38,056 bases of DNA from an uncultured Clostridia bacterium (GTDB taxonomy: Bacteria > Bacillota > Clostridia > Oscillospirales > Acutalibacteraceae). The notes beneath the pieces are model-generated. The model saw only the letters and a program-made list of their open reading frames with translations, ran no database searches and was not told where the DNA came from. Below, piece after piece: positions 14,626 to 22,110 of the stretch; position 1 is the first letter of the stretch, and each line of letters opens with the position of its first letter. Both the position numbers and the translations under genes were made by a program. The stretch lies in contig CAMFPJ010000001.1 of assembly GCA_945971755.1 (NCBI GenBank), positions 1 to 38,056 of the forward strand, read 5' to 3'.

Positions 14626-17484
14626 TTATTTCACCCTTTTGTTATGCTTTTTAATTGCGGGAAGCAGATAAAGAACAACACCCCAAACAATCTGATACAT
14701 AATAATCTGCCAAACGGCAACCTGTGACAGTCCCGACATAAAACTTAAAAGTGCGACAATCAAAACTCCGATTACGGCGGCAACTGCCTGAACCGTTCTT
14801 GAAACATTTACAAACTGACTGACTCTGAAAGAAAGATGAAGCGCCTTAAGCATCGATACAACGCTGCCGTCGTGAACAATATAAGCGTCGCTTCGCTCTT
14901 TTTCGGCATTTTTTACCTTTGCAAACATTTCTCCCGCAATGGGGTTGATGATTTTGACAACATTTTTCGGAAGTTTGAATTCCCTTTCAAGAAAGCTTTC
15001 TGTAATGTTAGCGTCTGACGTGCGGAAAAGAATTGATACGCCATCCTTTTCAAGTGCGCGAATGAGCGATGCCGTCATTTCATCCGCTTTATAAACAACA
15101 ATAAACATTGCGGCAATTTTTCCCTCAATTGCAAGGTAGAGAGTTTTTTTGCCTGCCTCTTTGAATTTTTCTTCAAGCCCGTCATCAGGAAGCTCAACGT
15201 TATGGTGTTTCAAGAGTTCCTTGTTACCCACAAGAACTCTGTGATTGTGAATCCAGCAGGAGCAACCCAGTTTTTCCTCATAAGCAAGAGTTTCAACGGG
15301 AAGTAAAAGTTCATTTTTGCCTATTATTACTCCTTCAAAAATTTCCGAAAGGACACCGCCGGAGGCAATTACAACCGAAGCAGTGTAAAGAAGTGCTTCG
15401 TCAATACGCATTTTATGGTACAGCTTAATACCCTCAATATTACATCCGCCGCTCTTAAATGCATCTGCCGAGTCAATTACAATTCCGTTTGAGTTAATTG
15501 CATTTTCCACAGCTGTGTAACCGTTAATAATTGTGCCGTTCCGACGCAATTTTTTATTTGCATGTGAAAGGCTTGAGGAGGAAATAATTCCTGCTGCCGC
15601 AGGAACGCCCATCAAAAGAGCGCCTGCAAAGGAGGTTACTCCGAACAATATATTTTTTTCCAGAACGCCTGTAATAATTCCTACTGCGAAAGAAACAGCC
15701 AAAACACCGTAAAGAGAATATTTGATTATTGACGGTGTGACGTCCGCCTCACGTGAAATTTCAACAAAACGTGCAGGGAAATTTGTTTTTGCAGAATATT
15801 TAATTTCAGGCTCACCGAACATAAGTCCGCGCGCAACCTCAGCCGCTACGTCCTCATCTTCAATGTTTTCCACGGTGTAGTAACCGTCTTTATTCTCTTC
15901 AATAACATAGAAGTTTTCAAGGTCATTACGGCACTCAATCAGCTCGCCTGCGGCTTTGAAAATCATTGGAATTACTGCGGCAGCGGTAAAAAGGTGAACT
16001 CCCGATTCAACCGTGTCGGTAAATCCGAAAGAAATTGCCGCCTGTAAAATTCCTGCCAGTGCAGAAACTACCACAACAAGATTTAAGTCAGTTTTAAGAT
16101 TACTTATGTTTCCTAAAACCTGCTTAAAGCATTTTACGTTTATTAAACAGCAAATTAAAAGAAGTGCAAGTTCGATAATTACATAAATCACTTCTTCGCC
16201 GCCGAACATATCAAAATTGCCGTTGCCGATGCTGCTCACTGCCGAAAGAACGGTCATAATTCCGCAAATAACGGAAAGTAATACAAGGCGAACAGTAATT
16301 TTTCGCTTTTCGCTGTAAAACTCATCAATAACTGCGGAAGCATCTTTCGGGCCGAAAAATTCCCGTGCAATTCGTACACTCTTACGGGCATATCTCTTTT
16401 TACGCGATTCGGTACTCTCCTCGATATCCTGTTCGGGAGTGTCAACCTCCTGCTTAAAAAGAAGACCTTTGTCAACAAACTCTTTAACCGCTTCTTTGCG
16501 TGCTTCCAAAAGTTTTGCCTCAGCCTCTTCTTCTGTTGTTTTTTCAAATATTTCTTCATCGCCAAAGCCTTCAAGCATAATCTGACCGTCTGGAATGTCG
16601 TCAGAATGTGAATGAATTTCACCTTGAATTTCATACTCTGCGGGGACAATAGTAGGAATAGGCTCAAAGCCATCTGTGTTTACAGATAAATCTTTATTTT
16701 TCTTGACAATAATGCCGGGGGTTTCCATGGTTTTTGCGGGGAGTGACGAAATAAGTGCTTTGTGCTCCTGAGTCTTTTCAAGGTTTTGAACAGGCTTGTT
16801 CATAAATTGACGGCGATACTTTTCTTCGCCCATAACAGGAGTTGAAAGCGCCTCACCCTCGCCTGTTGTTGTTCTTGTAACCTTGTTTCCAAGATTATGC
16901 GAAATGTTCGGGTTATATTCGCCGTGAATTTTAACCTCATTGAACATTCTTGTTTTCTCAATGGAGATTTGACCGCTGACAGACGGAACTGTTTTCTCCG
17001 GTTCAGGCTCTTGCTCGATTGCTTCTTCCTCGGTGCTTATTTCCTCACCGTCAACCTGAAGTTCCATTTGCCCGTCGGTACGGGAATAAACGGTTACGTT
17101 TTCAGACTCATTTTCATCGTCTGACGGAATGTTTTCAGATTCATCCGACGCACCGTCTGAATCTTCGGAAAATTTGTTGGAGTTTTTTATGAGATCTAAA
17201 AAGCTTGACTTTTGTTCTTCTGTGTCTAAAACAGGCTCTTCAATTTTCTGAGCCGTTTCAGCAAACTGTGATTCAATTTCTACATTATTTTTTTTCGAAT
17301 CAGTTACAATTTTCGATTTGAAGTCCTTTTCCGACTCTTCCTTTTTCTCATTAGAGCCGTCAATACCCAAAGAGAGCAAAATTGTGTCAATATCGTCCAT
17401 TGATGATAATTCAACATCTGACGAATATTTTTTAGTTGATTCAAGAATATCGTCAATAAGTGAATCAGGTATTCTGTCTGCCAT
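14626..17484 (-). CDS. P1B-type (heavy-metal) ATPase homologue with degenerate catalytic motifs and an acidic N-terminal extension
   Basis: 952 aa. Residues 1 to about 395 are D/E/S/K-rich low complexity. From about residue 397 it is collinear with CopA-like ATPases: CFKQVLGNISNLKTDLNLVVVVSALAG resembles the conserved early-TM motif. The motif replacements are DKTGT -> DSADA (15460-15474), CPC -> VPA, TGDN -> TSDAN, and GDGIND -> HDGSVV (14854-14874). No TGES was found in the shortened actuator region. Confidence 0.75.
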   Translation of the reverse strand: MADRIPDSLIDDILESTKKYSSDVELSSMDDIDTILLSLGIDGSNEKKEESEKDFKSKIVTDSKKNNVEIESQFAETAQKIEEPVLDTEEQKSSFLDLIKNSNKFSEDSDGASDESENIPSDDENESENVTVYSRTDGQMELQVDGEEISTEEEAIEQEPEPEKTVPSVSGQISIEKTRMFNEVKIHGEYNPNISHNLGNKVTRTTTGEGEALSTPVMGEEKYRRQFMNKPVQNLEKTQEHKALISSLPAKTMETPGIIVKKNKDLSVNTDGFEPIPTIVPAEYEIQGEIHSHSDDIPDGQIMLEGFGDEEIFEKTTEEEAEAKLLEARKEAVKEFVDKGLLFKQEVDTPEQDIEESTESRKKRYARKSVRIAREFFGPKDASAVIDEFYSEKRKITVRLVLLSVICGIMTVLSAVSSIGNGNFDMFGGEEVIYVIIELALLLICCLINVKCFKQVLGNISNLKTDLNLVVVVSALAGILQAAISFGFTDTVESGVHLFTAAAVIPMIFKAAGELIECRNDLENFYVIEENKDGYYTVENIEDEDVAAEVARGLMFGEPEIKYSAKTNFPARFVEISREADVTPSIIKYSLYGVLAVSFAVGIITGVLEKNILFGVTSFAGALLMGVPAAAGIISSSSLSHANKKLRRNGTIINGYTAVENAINSNGIVIDSADAFKSGGCNIEGIKLYHKMRIDEALLYTASVVIASGGVLSEIFEGVIIGKNELLLPVETLAYEEKLGCSCWIHNHRVLVGNKELLKHHNVELPDDGLEEKFKEAGKKTLYLAIEGKIAAMFIVVYKADEMTASLIRALEKDGVSILFRTSDANITESFLEREFKLPKNVVKIINPIAGEMFAKVKNAEKERSDAYIVHDGSVVSMLKALHLSFRVSQFVNVSRTVQAVAAVIGVLIVALLSFMSGLSQVAVWQIIMYQIVWGVVLYLLPAIKKHNKRVK

Positions 17485-17519
17485 AATAAAATTCCCCCCG
17501 AAAATTTATTTGCGCATTG

Positions 17520-18287
17520 TTATCTTCTGTATGCAAATTCGTACATAAGCACTCCGCCTGCGACGGAAGCATTAAGCGAATTGATTTGCCCCTTCATTTT
17601 AAGCGAAATAATAAAATCGCACTTTTCACGGACAATTCGGCTGATGCCGTCACCCTCCGATCCGATTACAAGAACTGCCGCACCCGAGGTGTCAATACTC
17701 CTCGCGTCTTCTCCGTCCATATCCGCGCCGTAAATCCAAATACCTTTTTTCTTTAAGTCTTCAAGTGCGGCGGCAAGATTGGGAACACGTGCAACCTTCA
17801 TATATTCAAGTGCACCTGCACTTGTTTTGCCAACTGTGTAATTAAGTGACGCACTGCGCCTTTTAGGAATGATTATACCGTGAACTCCCGTAGCCTCGGC
17901 AGTACGAATAATTGCGCCCAAATTGTGCGGGTCTTCAACACCGTCACAAGCAACAATAAACGGTGCTTCGCCTCGTTCCTCGGCAACCGCTAAAATTTCT
18001 TCAACAGTTGAATAGTCGTGTGCGGCACAGGTGGCCGCTACGCCTTGGTGGTTTGAATGGCCGCACATAAAGTCAAGCTTTTTACGGTCAACATCCTTTA
18101 CAACAGTGCCCTTTTCTTTGCACTCGGCAATAATTCTACCGACTGTTCCGCCTTTTTCCCCTCGGGCAACAAAGAGTGTGTCAATTTCTCTGCCGGACTT
18201 CAAAAGCTCCGTAACGGCATTTCTGCCTATGATTAAATCTTTCTGTCTTTCTTCCTGAAATTTATCTGTGTTTTTTTCTCTTTCCAT
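17520..18287 (-). CDS. rlmB: 23S rRNA (guanosine2251-2'-O)-methyltransferase (SpoU/TrmH family)
   Basis: 255 aa. Has an N-terminal substrate-binding domain (GRNAVTELLKSGREI), HQGVAA, DPHNLGAIIRTAEA and SLNASVAGGVLMYE SPOUT motifs. Confidence 0.85.
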   Translation of the reverse strand: MEREKNTDKFQEERQKDLIIGRNAVTELLKSGREIDTLFVARGEKGGTVGRIIAECKEKGTVVKDVDRKKLDFMCGHSNHQGVAATCAAHDYSTVEEILAVAEERGEAPFIVACDGVEDPHNLGAIIRTAEATGVHGIIIPKRRSASLNYTVGKTSAGALEYMKVARVPNLAAALEDLKKKGIWIYGADMDGEDARSIDTSGAAVLVIGSEGDGISRIVREKCDFIISLKMKGQINSLNASVAGGVLMYEFAYRR

Positions 18288-18331
18288 AAGTTTCTCCGAA
18301 AGGGCAAAATTTTGATATTATTTAACATCTT

Positions 18332-18360
18332 ATTATATCAAAACAAGTGTTATAATGCAA
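18332..18360 (-). promoter_or_regulatory. Near-consensus SigA promoter upstream of rlmB
   Basis: On the minus strand: TTGCAT (18355-18360), a 17-nt spacer, then TATAAT (18332-18337), about 45 nt upstream of the rlmB ATG (18287). Confidence 0.6.
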
Positions 18361-18402
18361 GAGAATTTCACAGCATATTGTGATTTTGAAGCAATATTTT
18401 TA

Positions 18403-18434
18403 CAAAAACAGCGGACATACAGAGTACGTCCGCC
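18403..18434 (-). terminator. Rho-independent terminator after the GatD-like gene
   Basis: On the minus strand: gcggac-(gtactctgtat)-gtccgc hairpin (18411-18433) followed by tgtttttgt. It lies 15 nt after the stop at 18449. Confidence 0.6.
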
Positions 18435-18448
18435 AAAGTTTCGGTATT

Positions 18449-19156
18449 TCACCCGAGAAGCTCTTTTATTCTCATTTCATAAGCCGTTTTTTCGTATGTT
18501 CCGGGTTCGCCTGCAAACTCGCTGTCACAAAGCTTAATAAGATAAGTTGTGAAGTCGGGGTTGAGGGGAAGAAGAGGGCCTGTGTGGTAAGTTGCAAAGA
18601 AGCAATTTTTGTGAACACCCTCAATTTTTTCGTCTTTATTCATACCTATTCCTTTTTCCATTGTAAGGAACGGATACGGATTTTCACCGTAAGCATGGCT
18701 TAACAGATTTTTGAAGCCGGTAATTTTCATTCCGTCAAAATTGCCCACCGCACAGTCATTAAAACGAAGCCGTGAAAACTGTTTGGCATAATACGGAAAC
18801 AGACAAAGACACTCCGTCCTTTCGCCGTTTGGGTTTTCAATGTAAGATCCGAAAAGTTCAAAGGCGTTACCCGTTGCAAGTGTTACCTTGCCGTTTTCAA
18901 TTCTGTTTTTTATTGCGTCGGTGTATTTTTTCAGTTCTTCGATTTCAAGGAGTTGTGATTTTTCGGTTGAAGGACCTATAAGCAAAATGTCTGTTTCACC
19001 GTTTACAAAATTTGGTTCTTCATAAAGGTTTGTTTCAATAATCTCGGTTTCATAGCCTGCTTTTTCAAGCCTTGACTTTAAGTATTCCGCATTCCCTCTG
19101 TCACCGAAAAGATTGTTAAACTCCGGGTAAAGAAGCTCGATTACAATTTTTTTCAT
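18449..19156 (-). CDS. GatD-like (CobB/CobQ-type glutamine amidotransferase fold) protein lacking the nucleophile cysteine
   Basis: 235 aa. It is collinear with lipid II isoglutaminyl synthase subunit GatD as I recall it: NNLFGDRGN, DILLIG, GFKN..SH, EGVHKN, ATYHTGPLLPLNP. At the expected G-x-C-x-G-x-Q elbow the sequence is TLATGNAFELFG. The start overlaps the upstream stop as ATGA. Confidence 0.7.
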   Translation of the reverse strand: MKKIVIELLYPEFNNLFGDRGNAEYLKSRLEKAGYETEIIETNLYEEPNFVNGETDILLIGPSTEKSQLLEIEELKKYTDAIKNRIENGKVTLATGNAFELFGSYIENPNGERTECLCLFPYYAKQFSRLRFNDCAVGNFDGMKITGFKNLLSHAYGENPYPFLTMEKGIGMNKDEKIEGVHKNCFFATYHTGPLLPLNPDFTTYLIKLCDSEFAGEPGTYEKTAYEMRIKELLG

Positions 19157-20532
19157 TCTCCTTCTCCCCCTTTTATTGACATTTTGTCTTTAATCATTTT
19201 AACAACTTTCGTAGCGTAAAGTTCAAAATAGACAACAACTTTTCTGTCTTTATCCGATTCCCTCACAAGCTCGTTTGCAAGATCGGAATAATCTGTAAAC
19301 AGCTTGAGCTTTTCTGTGCCAAAGCCCTTTATCTCAAGGCATGCGGCTAAGTCATAGCATCTTGTTCCGCCAATAAAAATATTTTTAATGTTATTATTTT
19401 TAAGGGGCGAAAAGTCGGTGTCGTAAAGCCAAGAAATGTCTTCATGGCCGTGAACGGAATCGTTTGAATCGGTAATTAAAAGCACAACGTCTTTTTCGCC
19501 GTCGGTACTGTCAAGGTATTTAAGAGACTGAGAGCAGGAAATGGGGTTTTGGTTTTTGGAAAGCATTGAAACTACTTCAACACCGCCGAAACGTGCATCA
19601 TCAAAACGTCCTGTTTTCGACGAAATATCCTCAACGCTGTTTTCGATTGTTTCCGTGTCAATTTCTAAAAGTCTGCAAACCGCAACCGCTCCCGTAATGT
19701 TGAACACATTGAAGAAATTGCCTTTTTGGTAAGATAAAGCCAGGTTTTCACCGTTTTTACCCACTACCTTGAATGTACCGTTTTCAAAATCTACATCTGT
19801 TGCCACAAAGTCGCTTTCAGGCATTTGAAAACCGCAATTCTCACATTTGGGCACGCCGATATGGTTATAGTGATAATATTCGTAAGTAAGCTTACGATGA
19901 CATTTCGGGCATGCCAAAAGGTCACAAACGGTATCTTTACATTCATCAGTGCTTCTTTCTGTTTTATCAACGGAGAAGAAAACACGCTTACAAATATTTT
20001 CTCCCAAAAGGCCTGAAATTCCGTCATTTCCGTTAAGGACAAGCGTTGTATCGGCAGAAAGGTAATCATTTATCTTATCAAAAATAAATTCGCTGTGACC
20101 GTTTCTCATTATTGAGTCGCGGAAAAGGTTTGTACAAAGGATAATATCGGGAGTAAAGCGTGTGTAAATAAACTGTGAAGAACGCTCGTCCACCTCCATA
20201 ACTGCAACGTCGGACTTTATTTTACCCGAAAGTGTTGAGTCGGTTACAAGAGCTGAAACAAGTCCCGTTGCCATATTTGAGCCTTTTGAATTGTTGATAA
20301 CCGATTTTCCGCTGTTTCTTATTATGTGAGTAAGCAAGTTTGAAGTGCCTGTTTTTCCGTTTGTTCCCGTAACGCAGACGGTTTTTTGAGGCATCTTAAA
20401 CCTTGAAAGTGCATCAGGACAAATTTTAAGCATAATAATGCCCGGTAAATTTGTTGACCTGCCGAAAGGCTTTCCGATGATGTAAACAATTTTACCTATT
20501 ATTACCGCAATCAAAAATCTTATTTTACCCAT
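19153..20532 (-). CDS. murT: MurT-like Mur ligase family protein (Mur ligase central domain, Cys4 ribbon, DUF1727-type C-terminus)
   Basis: Contains the P-loop VTGTNGKTGTSN, MEVDERS, the Cys4 motif CPKCHRKL...CENCGF, and EDISWLYDTDF. The start was chosen at ATG 20530-20532 (MGKIRFL...) by N-terminal length relative to known MurT. The ORF-track start at 20595 is TTG, and ATG 20544 is an alternative. It overlaps the upstream gene's stop by 8 nt. Confidence 0.75.
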   Translation of the reverse strand: MGKIRFLIAVIIGKIVYIIGKPFGRSTNLPGIIMLKICPDALSRFKMPQKTVCVTGTNGKTGTSNLLTHIIRNSGKSVINNSKGSNMATGLVSALVTDSTLSGKIKSDVAVMEVDERSSQFIYTRFTPDIILCTNLFRDSIMRNGHSEFIFDKINDYLSADTTLVLNGNDGISGLLGENICKRVFFSVDKTERSTDECKDTVCDLLACPKCHRKLTYEYYHYNHIGVPKCENCGFQMPESDFVATDVDFENGTFKVVGKNGENLALSYQKGNFFNVFNITGAVAVCRLLEIDTETIENSVEDISSKTGRFDDARFGGVEVVSMLSKNQNPISCSQSLKYLDSTDGEKDVVLLITDSNDSVHGHEDISWLYDTDFSPLKNNNIKNIFIGGTRCYDLAACLEIKGFGTEKLKLFTDYSDLANELVRESDKDRKVVVYFELYATKVVKMIKDKMSIKGGEGE

Positions 20533-22036
20533 TTTTCTGTTCATCCTTTGTTTTGTTATTGGGTTTATTCTTATATTTTCTGTAAGTGTAAACAAGAGTC
20601 ACCGCAAAGACAACTGCAATAAACATTAAAATCAGCATTTTTACAAGTTGTGAGCCACTGTCATTTACTTTATTACTTTTAACTATATCCGAATACACAA
20701 TTTTTACGTGGCCTTCGGCAAGCATACAGTCACCCTCACTGATTTTCCCCTTTGACACAAGCGAGACGTGCACCCTACCGTTTTGAGAGTCGGTAACCGT
20801 TACACCGTCACGCGTTTCAAACGTTATTTTGTCAGGGTCGGCGCCTGTAATGTTCATCATCTGAACATTCTTTTCCGTTGAAAGTGAGTTTGCGGAATAC
20901 TCCATATTCTCACCCTCCAAAGTAAAGGAACCTTCTGTAGCTTTTATATTTTCAATATTTTTGCCTTGCACACTGAAGAAAAGCCCTTTGTCACCAACAA
21001 CCGTAATATCAATTCTCTCTGCGTTGTTTTGAACGCTGTACTCGTCGGAATCGTCAACGGTAAGCACGATTTTTGTGTTAAGCTCCTCTCCTGCGCAAGC
21101 AATGTATTTTTCAACCGTATAGTCCATATCGCCTGAAATATTACCGTTTTCCACCGTAAGATTTTCACCTTTGGCATTAGTAAGGGTAAAGCTTGAATTA
21201 AAGTCCGTGCAAACTGTATCAAACAAAGCGGAACTGCTGACTGATGAATAAACCGCCCCTTTTTCCCCTGCTAAATCAAGTCTTGAAAACGCATCAAGTG
21301 TAATAAAATCAAGGTCTATAATGTCGTCATAGCTATAAGGCGAATCTTCAAACGCCCATGACTCATAATCTTTTGAAATTGTAAGATACATAAACCCTTC
21401 CGTTTTTTCAGGGTCAATAATTCTGATTCTGTGAGAGCCGTCCTCTGCGTGTTCATAGCCGCATCCCACAACCTCATGGACAAAATTTGCCGTTCTGAAG
21501 CCCACTAAGAACGGAGTGCCGATTTTTGCGTATTCCGCAATTTGTTTCAATGGGTCTTCTGCCGTTTTGCCGTTTGTTACCACGTTTGTTTTTACGGCAG
21601 TTTTGTTTTCGCAATACTGTGAAAGCTGGTAGTAGTTAATTCTGTTGCGAAGTGATTTTGATTGAGTAATATCTGATGAATAGAAATTCTCAGCAGGTAA
21701 GTCAACCTTGCCGACATAAGAAAGCGCCATAGCGGCGGAAATTCCGTAACAAGATCCTGAAAACGGAGAAAGAGTCTGGGACAAGATAAGGGTTTGCGTA
21801 TCCTCACTTTCGCCCTCTAAAAGCTTTTGAAGTTCATCTTTTGTTACATAGTATTTACTTTTTTCGTTTTCTCCGACAAAATATTCTGCACTGTTCTTAA
21901 AACTGTTACTGTCAACACCCGTGTGCATTGTGCTGACATTATAGTCACCTGATCCGAAAACGGGAAGTGCCAAGCACGAGAGAATAACAGCAAAAACAGT
22001 TAAAATGCAAAGTATGAATTTATAAACTTTTTTCAT
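20525..22036 (-). CDS. Secreted, C-terminally membrane-anchored protein with an N-terminal C39-like (papain-fold) Cys/His peptidase-type domain
   Basis: 503 aa. The signal peptide is MKKVYKFILCILTVFAVILSCLALPVFG. SGSCYGISAAMALSYVG (Cys96) resembles the C39-like nucleophile motif, and FVHEVVGCGYEH...RIRIIDP gives a His187/Asp208 candidate pair. A beta-rich middle region is followed by a C-terminal TM (MLILMFIAVVFAVTLVYTY) and a basic tail. Confidence 0.6.
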   Translation of the reverse strand: MKKVYKFILCILTVFAVILSCLALPVFGSGDYNVSTMHTGVDSNSFKNSAEYFVGENEKSKYYVTKDELQKLLEGESEDTQTLILSQTLSPFSGSCYGISAAMALSYVGKVDLPAENFYSSDITQSKSLRNRINYYQLSQYCENKTAVKTNVVTNGKTAEDPLKQIAEYAKIGTPFLVGFRTANFVHEVVGCGYEHAEDGSHRIRIIDPEKTEGFMYLTISKDYESWAFEDSPYSYDDIIDLDFITLDAFSRLDLAGEKGAVYSSVSSSALFDTVCTDFNSSFTLTNAKGENLTVENGNISGDMDYTVEKYIACAGEELNTKIVLTVDDSDEYSVQNNAERIDITVVGDKGLFFSVQGKNIENIKATEGSFTLEGENMEYSANSLSTEKNVQMMNITGADPDKITFETRDGVTVTDSQNGRVHVSLVSKGKISEGDCMLAEGHVKIVYSDIVKSNKVNDSGSQLVKMLILMFIAVVFAVTLVYTYRKYKNKPNNKTKDEQKNG

Positions 22037-22110
22037 TGTAACTACACCTCACATACTATAAGGTTATTTTACACAATTTATCGAAAAAAGTCCATACCGA
22101 ACTGCAATTT

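Noticed and set aside
16254-16673. 139-aa same-strand alternative-frame ORF inside the pseudo-ATPase gene (very Lys/Arg-rich)
   Set aside because: It lies in the GAA/GAG/GAT-rich acidic region, where a frame shift automatically yields AAG/AGA (K/R) codons without stops. It has no RBS and is most likely a compositional artefact.
18312-18341. 7-bp inverted repeat ttgatat/atatcaa overlapping the -10 of the rlmB promoter
   Set aside because: The repeat is short and AT-rich, so it is expected by chance in an AT-rich intergenic region. No partner regulator is evident.
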